The notes under the pieces were generated by a model that worked only from the letters and a program-made list of their open reading frames with translations, was not told the origin of the DNA and made no database searches. Source: Gammaproteobacteria bacterium (lineage in GTDB: Bacteria > Pseudomonadota > Gammaproteobacteria > GCA-001735895). Taken from it: DNA of 64,000 nt. The stretch's first letter is position 1. Each line of letters begins with the position of its first letter. The stretch lies in NCBI GenBank assembly GCA_050298595.1, contig JBNKUM010000100.1, positions 124,237-188,236 of the forward strand, in the 5' to 3' direction. Both the position numbers and the translations under genes were made by a program. This document shows, piece after piece, positions 1 through 8,909 of this stretch.

Positions 1-102
1 AACTCCATGCAGGAAAGCCAATGCGACACCTGAAGACCAGCCATGCCCATGTTACCTTGTCTTTGATGATCTGGCGCATCTTGCTGGTTTGATGCTTCAG
101 CA

Positions 103-945
103 TTACCAGCGCCGATTAATTGCATAGTCACCAGAATGTTTTACAAACGGCATCAATAGCATGCCCGGTAAATAGTCCACCTGTATGGGGTCGCGAAAAT
201 CTTCAACACCCAGTTTCATTTCAATATGACCTTCTTCTGGCTGAGCCAGGTAAGTACCGAATAAGCGATCCCACCAGGGGAGGCTGAAGCCAAAATTCGA
301 ATTTGCTAAAGATGCTTTTACAGAATGATGAACGCGGTGCATATCAGGTGTTACCACAAAAAGCCGTAAGATGCGGTCAATTTTTTCAGGAATATAGATG
401 TTTCCATGATTAAACATAGCGCTTGCATTTAACAAAACTTCAAAGATCAGCACGGCAACAACCGGAGGACCCAGAGCCATAATGGTGGCAAATTTGATCA
501 TCATCGAAAGTATAATTTCAAAGGTATGGAAGCGTGCACCAGTAGTCACATCGTAATCAAGATCGGCATGATGTACTCGATGTAAACGCCATAGAACAGG
601 TATGGCATGAACCATCACATGCTGCAGGTAGATAACAAAATCCATGGCAATTACCGCAATAACAACCGAAAACCAGAAAGAAAACTCGTAGCTGTTGAGT
701 AGCCCCCAGCCTTTTTGTTGTGCAACAAGGGCTACTCCAATAGCAGCAGTAGGAAACAGGATGCGTAGAATAAAGCTGTTAAGAAAGGTCAGTGACAGAT
801 TGTTAATCCAGCGAACGCCTTTTGACACATTGAGCTTACGGCGAGGAGCGCGTATTTCCCAAACAGCAATGATGGCAAATACGCCAAAAAAGAAACTCAA
901 ACGAACAGGCATTTCATGCCCAAGTATCCAGTCGGTTATATTCAT
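103..945 (-). CDS. Sterol desaturase / fatty acid hydroxylase family membrane protein
   Basis: His boxes HVMVH, HRVHH (twice) and NHGN; SNFG...WWDRLFGTY motif; hydrophobic helices. Confidence 0.9.
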   Translation of the reverse strand: MNITDWILGHEMPVRLSFFFGVFAIIAVWEIRAPRRKLNVSKGVRWINNLSLTFLNSFILRILFPTAAIGVALVAQQKGWGLLNSYEFSFWFSVVIAVIAMDFVIYLQHVMVHAIPVLWRLHRVHHADLDYDVTTGARFHTFEIILSMMIKFATIMALGPPVVAVLIFEVLLNASAMFNHGNIYIPEKIDRILRLFVVTPDMHRVHHSVKASLANSNFGFSLPWWDRLFGTYLAQPEEGHIEMKLGVEDFRDPIQVDYLPGMLLMPFVKHSGDYAINRRW

Positions 946-997
946 AGTCGGTTTCCTAAATCCGGGTGTCTGTTATACTTATCGTGATGAGGTCTTG

Positions 998-1019
998 AAT
1001 TCAATAGATCTCTTGAATT
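998..1019. promoter_or_regulatory. Inverted repeat, putative operator of the ArsR-rhodanese regulator
   Basis: AATTCAA-N8-TTGAATT in the short spacer between the divergent desaturase and ArsR genes. Confidence 0.5.
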
Positions 1020-1041
1020 ATTGAAAGCCAGGATAACCCAT

Positions 1042-1704
1042 ATGTCAACAGAAAATTTCAAACACAACCTTTTTAATCAGTTTTCACGTGTTGCAAAGGC
1101 TATGAGCAACGGTTATCGGTTGGAATTACTCGAATTTCTGGCGCAGGGTGAACGCAGTGTTGATGCGCTTGCAAAGGTGGCCGGCTTATCGGTGGCAAAT
1201 ACTTCGCAACATTTACAGCAGTTACTGCAGGCGGGTCTGGTCTCTAATCGTAAAGAAGGGCATAAGGTTTATTACAATCTGACCGGAATGGACGTTGTAG
1301 AGCTGATGGGGTCGCTCAGAAATGTAGCTGAGCGGCATTTAGCCGATGTAGGCAGGCTGGTAAACGACTACCTGACGGTCAAGGATAATCTTGAGCCAAT
1401 ATCTGCCAGCCAATTGCTTGAGAGAACGAAAGATGGGCTGGTTACTGTGCTGGATGTTCGACCAAGAGAAGAATATGATGCAGGGCATCTGCCTGGAGCT
1501 GTTAACATTCCTGCACAAGAGCTGGAACAGCAACTGAATAATTTGGCTGATCATCAGGAAGTGGTTGCCTATTGCCGAGGCCCGCATTGTGTACTGGCAT
1601 TTGACGCGGTAGAAAAATTAAAGGCAAAGGGGATTTCTGCTCGTCGTCTGAACGGCGGGATGCCTGAATGGAAATTAGAAGGATATCCCGTTGAGACGTC
1701 TTGA
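1042..1704 (+). CDS. ArsR/SmtB-family regulator fused to a C-terminal rhodanese domain
   Basis: N-terminal HTH (RLELLEFL..ERSV..LA...SVANTSQHL); rhodanese motifs DVRP.EEY..GHLPGA and YCRGPHC. Confidence 0.92.
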   Translation: MSTENFKHNLFNQFSRVAKAMSNGYRLELLEFLAQGERSVDALAKVAGLSVANTSQHLQQLLQAGLVSNRKEGHKVYYNLTGMDVVELMGSLRNVAERHLADVGRLVNDYLTVKDNLEPISASQLLERTKDGLVTVLDVRPREEYDAGHLPGAVNIPAQELEQQLNNLADHQEVVAYCRGPHCVLAFDAVEKLKAKGISARRLNGGMPEWKLEGYPVETS

Positions 1705-1756
1705 AAATTCAGTGAGTTTTTTAAATGTGTAAACCCCAAATCTAACCTGAGATACG

Positions 1757-2107
1757 TTGATGCCATTTGATTGTTTATTTTGCGGGCACGAAAAATTTGA
1801 AGTGGTCGCCGAAAACGAACTTAGCTATGCAATAAGGGATAAATATCCGGTCACACATCTGCATACATTAATAATATGCAAAAAACACTACAAGACAGTA
1901 TTCGATTGTCCATCAACAGAATTATTAAGCATTATTGAGCTGGCAAAAGAATGCCGTCTTAGTATTGAAGCGATGGATGAAACAGTAAAAGGTTTTAATT
2001 TAGGTTCAAACTCAGGAGCGGTAGCCGGACAGAAAATAAACCATGTTCATTTTCATTTAATACCCAGGCGTTTCGGTGATGTTGAACCTTCACCCGCGTA
2101 TGGATGA
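1757..2107 (+). CDS. HIT family hydrolase
   Basis: CLFC N-terminus; AGQ..HVHFHLIPR histidine triad. Confidence 0.9.
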   Translation: MMPFDCLFCGHEKFEVVAENELSYAIRDKYPVTHLHTLIICKKHYKTVFDCPSTELLSIIELAKECRLSIEAMDETVKGFNLGSNSGAVAGQKINHVHFHLIPRRFGDVEPSPAYG

Positions 2108-2217
2108 CGTTTTATAAAGTAGTTTAAATCAAGATCGAAAAGGGATTGTTGTGAGTTTATCTATCGGTAATAGTGGTAGCCCTCAAATATACACAGTTAT
2201 CCTTAGAAGAATTTATC

Positions 2218-3228
2218 ATGTTAGCTACGTTTAAAATTATTTTATATTCTTTTGTACTGGTGGCATTAAGTATTACCGCTTTGCTTGGCTATATGACCTG
2301 GATGCCAGCCCCTGATTTTGAAGGTGATGAAAAGGAAATTAAATTTGAGTCGAGTGGATTAGAAGAGAGACTGGGCGGGCATGTGGTTCGCTTATCAGAA
2401 TCCAGAGTAGGCCGCAATATTATTGCTGCAGATAGCTTAACCCCAGCCAGGAATTACATCGCCAATCAATTTAAAAGTATCGGCTTTAATCCCGAATATC
2501 AAAGCTACGATATTGAGGGTGATGAATATTCAAACATCATTATTGATATTCCATCATCTGTGAAAGGAGCTCCGGTTCTTATCGTTGGGGCTCACTATGA
2601 TAGTGTCGAAAATTCGCCGGGAGCTAATGATAATGCATCAGGCGTTGCTGCTCTTATTGAAATAGGGAGATACTTTTCTATAAATCAGCCGCTACATAAT
2701 CACCTGAGACTCATTGCTTTTGCAAATGAAGAGCCTCCATTTTTTCATACTGATGAGATGGGTAGTTTGATCTATGCAAAGACACTCTCGGGTAAGGATG
2801 AAACCGTTTTGGGGATGATATCCCTGGAAACTATTGGCTATTACACAGAAGCTAAAGGCAGTCAGAAATATCCCCGTTTTTTTGACCGGCTTTATTCTGA
2901 TCAGGGAAACTTTCTATCTTTTGTAGGTAATTTTCAGTCAAGGAATCTCCTTACTTCTTCAATTGCGCTATTCAGGAAGCAGAGTAAAGTGCCTTCGCAA
3001 GGTGTAGTTTCCCCAGCTTTTGTACCTGGAGTTGGGTGGTCAGATCATTGGTCATTCTGGAAGGCGGGGTTTAATGCAATTATGGTTACCGATACTGCTC
3101 TGTATAGATATCAGCATTATCATGAGACTAGCGATACGCCTGAAAAATTAAATTACCAACAGTACGCTAAAGTTGTTTATGGGTTGTATAAGGTTATTGA
3201 GGGGATAGTTTCTCAGAGCAATGAGTAG
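2218..3228 (+). CDS. M28 family peptidase with N-terminal anchor
   Basis: GAHYDS, GANDNASG, NEEPP, SDH and YH motifs. Confidence 0.9.
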   Translation: MLATFKIILYSFVLVALSITALLGYMTWMPAPDFEGDEKEIKFESSGLEERLGGHVVRLSESRVGRNIIAADSLTPARNYIANQFKSIGFNPEYQSYDIEGDEYSNIIIDIPSSVKGAPVLIVGAHYDSVENSPGANDNASGVAALIEIGRYFSINQPLHNHLRLIAFANEEPPFFHTDEMGSLIYAKTLSGKDETVLGMISLETIGYYTEAKGSQKYPRFFDRLYSDQGNFLSFVGNFQSRNLLTSSIALFRKQSKVPSQGVVSPAFVPGVGWSDHWSFWKAGFNAIMVTDTALYRYQHYHETSDTPEKLNYQQYAKVVYGLYKVIEGIVSQSNE

Positions 3229-3347
3229 GACATTGTTATAAAAGACTGGTACTGATAGTGAGCAATTGTTTTTTTAAAGGACTGGAATAGGTATGCTCGT
3301 GCAGAATGTTCAGAGGTCATAGTTGAGCGAAGCTCAGGAAAATCACA

Positions 3348-4025
3348 TTGAAACTGATTTTATTACCAGGTCTGGATGGTACAGGGAATTTGTTTTCTCC
3401 TATATTAGGTGAGCTATCAGCATTTGACTGTACGGTTATACCGCTACCAGAAACTGGAGATCAAGATTACCGTGCTCTCACGGCATGGGTAAGGAAGCGA
3501 CTTCCAGAGCAGGATTTTATTTTGATTGCAGAGTCATTTTCTGGCCCTATAGCTGCGACTCTGGCGGTGGCAGGTATAAAAAACTTGAAGGGAATTATTT
3601 TCGTAGCGACCTTTCTATCGGTTCCAAATAAGCCACTTATAAAAATGGCCAGATTATTTCCGATTCAGTTTCTATCTTCTTTGCCGCTAGCTACATTTTT
3701 TCATAGAGTCTTATTTCTTGGCAGAGGTGCCGATAAAGAGCTAATGAGATTGTTTCAATTGACTGTCAGAGCGCTGCCATCAGCTCTTATTAAAGCCAGG
3801 CTAACCTCTATACTTTCATTGCCACTCAAGCTAGAGGAATGCGATCTTCCCGTGGTGTCTATTCGAGCGACAGAGGATAAATTGGTCTCAGCGACAAAAG
3901 CTGATGAATTTTCTCAGTTTTTTAACTATATAACATTCAGACTTATTGACGGACCTCATTTTATACTGCAAGCAAAACCAGTAGAGTGTTCGGCGATTAT
4001 TTCTGAGCTTGCTCAAATGTTATAA
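3348..4025 (+). CDS. Alpha/beta hydrolase
   Basis: LLPGLDGTG, AESFSG nucleophile elbow, GPHFILQ. Confidence 0.85.
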   Translation: MKLILLPGLDGTGNLFSPILGELSAFDCTVIPLPETGDQDYRALTAWVRKRLPEQDFILIAESFSGPIAATLAVAGIKNLKGIIFVATFLSVPNKPLIKMARLFPIQFLSSLPLATFFHRVLFLGRGADKELMRLFQLTVRALPSALIKARLTSILSLPLKLEECDLPVVSIRATEDKLVSATKADEFSQFFNYITFRLIDGPHFILQAKPVECSAIISELAQML

Positions 4026-4269
4026 TCATGCGAAGAATTTGATCATGTTGAATGAATCTTAAGGCGTCAAAATCACGATAGTTTTTTTTATGTCGTATGG
4101 TTGAAAAGGGGCATCTTCCTGGCTGGAAGCCAGGATACTATAAGATTCATCAGTGCTCTAAGTTGAACTTACACAAAGTGGCAACTGGAGGCACTGATGT
4201 ATTTGTTTTACAGCAGGAAAAATATGAACAGGTAGTCACGTATTACCTGTTGTTATTCGGAGTTAGGAT

Positions 4270-4680
4270 ATGGAAGTAAGTTATATTAATGAACTATTTA
4301 ACGATAGTTTAGAGCGTTGTAAGAACGATTCGGCTTTTCTTGATCGGTTTTTTGAGATATTTATGTCGAAGTCAGAAGATATTCGATTGATATTTGAAGG
4401 CGTAGATATGGAGTCTATAAAGAGGATGTTATTGCTTTTGCTTCCAATCATGATGGCTGCCCATAATGATAAACGTACGCTTGATTACTTCGCGGAAAAA
4501 CATTTTAAAATGGGTGTTTCTCCTCATATGTTTCCTCTGTGGCTGGATAGTATGATTGAAGCTGTGAAGATTAGCGATAAGCGATTTGATGAGCGGATTG
4601 AGAAGTCGTGGAGGTATTTATTGGCTCCTGGGATAGATTATATGATGAGTGAGTATGCTCGTCTATCTATAGCAAAGTGA
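4270..4680 (+). CDS. Single-domain globin
   Basis: SLERC...FLDRFF..F, IF..VDM, proximal His (AEKH), W.DSM..AV...D, W...L.PGIDYM pattern. Confidence 0.8.
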   Translation: MEVSYINELFNDSLERCKNDSAFLDRFFEIFMSKSEDIRLIFEGVDMESIKRMLLLLLPIMMAAHNDKRTLDYFAEKHFKMGVSPHMFPLWLDSMIEAVKISDKRFDERIEKSWRYLLAPGIDYMMSEYARLSIAK

Positions 4681-4844
4681 ATAGTATTTCAGCTCGATGA
4701 ACCCAGGTGAAATCACACTCTGGCATAAATAAAGGTATTAGATCTTTTTTATCAGTACATCGGTGCCTTTACGTTAGCGAGCCGTAGGTTTAACAATGTT
4801 TTTGATCATCACAGACAATCATATTAAAGATGAAATCAAACTGC

Positions 4845-4953
4845 GTAGGTTGGGTTCTACGCACAATAATTTCACCATTCTCACCCAGCTAAACCGAGTA
4901 TCATGTTCAAACATTTGCTAATGCTGTTTGTAAGTGCATGGAATGCACCCTGC
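4845..4953. repeat. Decayed REP-like (GTAG-type) palindromes
   Basis: GTAGGTTGGGTT at 4845 and GTGCATGGAATGCACCCTGC at 4934-4953 (reverse form of GTAGGGTGCATTCCATGCAC-type REP). Confidence 0.4.
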
Positions 4954-5027
4954 CTGGCTAATGGTGATTCTTCAAAGATTCCTGAAATTCAGGAATGTCA
5001 TCCAACTATAGAGAATATAAAGTAACA

Positions 5028-7187
5028 ATGAGATCATTATCGCTACTACGTGCTTTTTCACAGATAATTCTTCTTGGCTTGCTGAGTACACATTTGCAAG
5101 CCGCTCCCAGTGTGAGTAAGGTGGAGGAGTCCACGATGGCTACAGATGCCACTACCTGGTGGGATTCCCGCTATGGTAATGGTTATCTGAGCAGTATGTC
5201 CTATTCTCAGGATTCTTTGGTGACCTACAAGGGCTGGCAATACGCGGCCTATTACGATGCAAATCGGCATGTGGCCATTAAACGCAGACAGTTACCTGAT
5301 GGCAGCTGGGAGGGCCTGGTGTTAACGGACTACACCCAAACCACTAATGACAACCACAACAATATCTCCATTGGTATCTCACCGGTGGATGGCCGTATTC
5401 ATCTGGCGTTTGACCATCATGATGATAATTTGCATTACCGCTTCTCCACTGCTGATGTGGCCAATTATCCCTCCAGTTACAGCTGGAACTCTTCCTTGTT
5501 TGGGGCAGTGCAAAACCACCTGAATAATGGACTGATCTCGCCGTTAACTTACCCCCGTTTTGTTACCGCTGCCGACGGTACTTTCCTGTTTGAAGGCCGC
5601 CTGGGACAAAGTGGTAACGGAGAAAGCTGGCTCTGGCGTTACGATAACGACGGCAGTTGGACGCAGTTGGGTAAATTCGTTGAGAATAGCTACAATGGTG
5701 GCGATGCCAATGCCTATTTCTTTGGCATTCAGTTTGATCAGAACAATCGTTTGCATGCGTCCTGGGTCTGGCGTGAAAACTTCGGTGGCAATTCTAATCA
5801 CGACATCATGTATGCTTACAGTGACGACTATGGTAGCACCTGGCGCAACAATGCCGGAGCGTTGGTTGCTACTACGGGTAGTAGCTTTATCACACTTGAT
5901 TCCGATGTAAAAATCTACACCATTCCAACCGATTCAGGGCTGATCAATCAGGAAGCCATGATTGTGGATCTGCAGGGCAGGGTGCATGTTTTTGCCCGCC
6001 GTGACGCTGCTGGCATCAATAAACAGATGCATTACTGGCGAGATACTAATGGCAAGTGGTCGCAAATCGACACAGGCATTAGCACCAAAATTTGGGCTAA
6101 CCGCTCGAAAGTGGCTTATGACAGCATGGGCAACCTCTACGCAATTATGCCCAACATCCAGATTGCTTCAGCCTCTGCTGCCAGTGGCTACTCCGACTGG
6201 ACGGTCGTGAGTGTGGATGACAATGGTCGTTTTAATCATTCCGAGCCGTTGATCGATATTTCAGGTTTGAAAGCCGGTAGTAATACGTTATATGTTTATG
6301 CCCAGAAAGGTACGGTAAAAAACACGTCTAGTGAAATTGAGGTGATTAAATATAGCCTTAATACCGGCACTTTCTCAGGTTGGACTCTATGTGCGAATGA
6401 AGGTCAGCTGTGTGAATTCAGTGGCACTCGTGAAGTACGTTATGGTGCCAACGGTAGCTATAATTCTGGTAGTTATAGTGATAAAACTACTTGTAGCAAT
6501 AGCATCTTCGGTGACCCTGCTCAAGGGGCAGAGAAGGTATGTGAAGTCAAAGTTGCTGCCAATGAAGTGCCGTCGGATTGGGCTTTCTGCGGCAACGAAG
6601 GTGATACCTGTAGCTTTAATGGCACTAGAGAAGTTCGCTATGGCGCTAATGGTAGCTATAAGACAGCTGTCTTCACGGGCAGTGCCGCTTGTGGCAACAG
6701 TACTTTTGGCGATCCCATCAGAGGCGAGGTCAAGTTCTGCTTTTACAAGAAGCAAAGTAGTCTGGTGGTAGGAACCTGGCGGATCAAAAATCGCAACAGC
6801 AGCAAATGCCTGCGCACCAGGGACAGCTCCCTGGATAATCAGGCCCAAGTTGTGCAATACACATGCGACGGTTCAGCCATTGAGCAATGGAAAGTGAGTG
6901 AGATCAGCCCGGATGTGTTCAGCATTGAGCATGTAGCCAGCGGTAAATATGCGGATATCGCCGGTGCCGCTACTACAGAAGGCGCCAATAATATTATCTG
7001 GCCCAGCAATGGTGGCGAGAATCAGAAATGGCGGATAGTGGGTTTAGGCAATGGCTATTACCATATCATCAACCAGCATAGTAAGCTGCTATTAGATATC
7101 TTCCAGGCTTCTAAGGCCAACAATGCCAATAATATCCAGTGGACCGACAACGGTGGTCTAAACCAGCAATGGCAATTTATTCAGTAA
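5028..7187 (+). CDS. Secreted BNR_4-type beta-propeller carbohydrate-active protein with two Cys-rich repeats and a C-terminal ricin-B (CBM13-like) lectin
   Basis: Signal peptide; DNHN.ISIGIS..DGRIHLAFDHH, TYPRF, Asp-box YSDDYGSTW; two C..EG..C.F.GTREVRYGANGSY...C.NS.FGDP repeats; QxW ricin repeats. Confidence 0.8.
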   Translation: MRSLSLLRAFSQIILLGLLSTHLQAAPSVSKVEESTMATDATTWWDSRYGNGYLSSMSYSQDSLVTYKGWQYAAYYDANRHVAIKRRQLPDGSWEGLVLTDYTQTTNDNHNNISIGISPVDGRIHLAFDHHDDNLHYRFSTADVANYPSSYSWNSSLFGAVQNHLNNGLISPLTYPRFVTAADGTFLFEGRLGQSGNGESWLWRYDNDGSWTQLGKFVENSYNGGDANAYFFGIQFDQNNRLHASWVWRENFGGNSNHDIMYAYSDDYGSTWRNNAGALVATTGSSFITLDSDVKIYTIPTDSGLINQEAMIVDLQGRVHVFARRDAAGINKQMHYWRDTNGKWSQIDTGISTKIWANRSKVAYDSMGNLYAIMPNIQIASASAASGYSDWTVVSVDDNGRFNHSEPLIDISGLKAGSNTLYVYAQKGTVKNTSSEIEVIKYSLNTGTFSGWTLCANEGQLCEFSGTREVRYGANGSYNSGSYSDKTTCSNSIFGDPAQGAEKVCEVKVAANEVPSDWAFCGNEGDTCSFNGTREVRYGANGSYKTAVFTGSAACGNSTFGDPIRGEVKFCFYKKQSSLVVGTWRIKNRNSSKCLRTRDSSLDNQAQVVQYTCDGSAIEQWKVSEISPDVFSIEHVASGKYADIAGAATTEGANNIIWPSNGGENQKWRIVGLGNGYYHIINQHSKLLLDIFQASKANNANNIQWTDNGGLNQQWQFIQ

Positions 7188-7217
7188 GTATTTTTTGTTC
7201 TGAATTTAGCTAAACCC

Positions 7218-7259
7218 CTTCTACATGAGCTTCGTTATTCTACGATGGTCATGTAGAAG
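7218..7259. terminator. Hairpin between convergent genes
   Basis: CTTCTACATGA...TCATGTAGAAG 11-bp stem. Confidence 0.45.
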
Positions 7260-7265
7260 CTTGAA

Positions 7266-7381
7266 CCTGGATTCCGCAGTTGACCGCTCGCATAGGAAGG
7301 TAACCCACTGTTTCGTAGAGTATAACAGTCGATTTATTTTTAACCCAACAGGTGAGTGTGAGTCCAACTGCGGATTCCAGG
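7266..7381. mobile_element. MITE-like element (family B), 116 bp
   Basis: TIRs CCTGGATTCCGCAGTTG / CAACTGCGGATTCCAGG (1 mismatch); TTGAA on both sides (possible 5-bp TSD). Confidence 0.7.
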
Positions 7382-7421
7382 TTGAATGAAATCATAACCC
7401 GCCACGGGAATTTCCATGAGT

Positions 7422-8909
7422 TTAAAACTCAGCATTTCCCCTATTGTCAACACTGCTCACCGCCAGTTGCCACTGTTTTAAAAGTTTATCTCGTAACTCT
7501 GGCTCCATTGCAGGTTTGAAGGTGCTGGCTTTTAACCACAGCTGTGAAATGGTTTCAGTCGAGTCAAAAAGTCCGGCCTGTAATCCAGCCAGATAGGCTG
7601 CTCCCAATGCGGTAGTTTCGGTAACCACCGGTATTTCAATGTCGATGTCCAGAATATCCGCAAGCATCTGACACATCCATTGGTTGGCTACCATGCCGCC
7701 ATCCACTCTCAGGGTGTCTATGGCATAGCTGGTATCCTTGCTCATTGCCTGCATCAGGTCGTAGGTTTGATAGGCAATAGATTCTAATGCCGCTCTTGAA
7801 AAGTGTTCAGGACCAGTATCGCGGGTGAGACCGAAAATAGCACCCCTGGCATTCGGGTTCCAGTAGGGCGCACCGAGGCCGACAAATGCAGGAACCAGAT
7901 AAACGCCATCGTTACTGGCAAGTTCTCGTGCATGAGTCTCGGTCTGGCTGCTGTCCTGTATGATCTTCATGCGATCACGCAGCCATTGCACGGCAGCACC
8001 CGCAATGAAGATAGAACCTTCCAGTGCATAGGTGGTTTCGCCGTTTAAACGATAGGCGACTGTACTCAATAAACCTCTGTTTGAATTGACTACTTCATTG
8101 CCTGTATTGATTAATGCAAATCCACCTGTGCCGTAAGTACTTTTGATACTGCCCGGTTTAAAACAGCTTTGCCCTATGGCTGCGGCCTGTTGATCACCAG
8201 CGACGCCACCAATTGGTATTTCGTAGTCTATAGCCCGTTTGCTGCTTACCCCGAAGTCAGCGGCTGAATCGCGTACCTCGGGTAACATGCTTGCAGGGAC
8301 ATTAAATATGTCGAGTAATTCTTCATCCCATTGTTGTGTGTGTATATTGAATAACAGGGTGCGCGAGGCATTGGTGGCATCGGTGGCGTGTACCTTGCCA
8401 TCGGTTAAGCGCCAGATCAGAAAACTATCTATGGTGCCAAAAGCCAGTTTGCCCTGTTTGGCGAGCTCTCTGGCTCCATCGACATGATCCAGTATCCAGG
8501 CGACTTTTGTGGCTGAAAAATAGGGGTCAATGACAAGACCGGTTTTGTCTCGAATAGATTCTTCCAGGCCTCGCTGTTTTAATGCGGCACAGAGATCAGC
8601 GGTTCGAGTATCCTGCCAGACGATGGCTTTGTGTAGTGCCTGGCCGCTTTCTCTATTCCAGACGACTACAGTTTCGCGTTGATTGGTAATACCGATAACA
8701 CTGACCTTACCAACTTCAGATAATACTTTTTTACAGACATCCTGAGTGCTTGACCAGATTTCTTCAGGATCATGTTCAACCCAGCCTGAATGCGGGAAGA
8801 ATTGCTCAAATTCCTGTTGGGCGGTAGCAACGGCATGGCCTTTGGTGCCAAATATAATCGCTCGTGTACTGGTAGTGCCCTGATCGATGCTAAGAATTAA
8901 TTCGCTCAT
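7422..8909 (-). CDS. glpK: Glycerol kinase
   Basis: IDQGTTSTR, GITNQRET, GDQQAA, KSTYGTG, VDGGM. Confidence 0.97.
   Translation of the reverse strand: MSELILSIDQGTTSTRAIIFGTKGHAVATAQQEFEQFFPHSGWVEHDPEEIWSSTQDVCKKVLSEVGKVSVIGITNQRETVVVWNRESGQALHKAIVWQDTRTADLCAALKQRGLEESIRDKTGLVIDPYFSATKVAWILDHVDGARELAKQGKLAFGTIDSFLIWRLTDGKVHATDATNASRTLLFNIHTQQWDEELLDIFNVPASMLPEVRDSAADFGVSSKRAIDYEIPIGGVAGDQQAAAIGQSCFKPGSIKSTYGTGGFALINTGNEVVNSNRGLLSTVAYRLNGETTYALEGSIFIAGAAVQWLRDRMKIIQDSSQTETHARELASNDGVYLVPAFVGLGAPYWNPNARGAIFGLTRDTGPEHFSRAALESIAYQTYDLMQAMSKDTSYAIDTLRVDGGMVANQWMCQMLADILDIDIEIPVVTETTALGAAYLAGLQAGLFDSTETISQLWLKASTFKPAMEPELRDKLLKQWQLAVSSVDNRGNAEF

Noticed and set aside
1-103. Start of a minus-strand gene coupled to the desaturase stop
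   Set aside because: Too short at the window edge to identify frame or product
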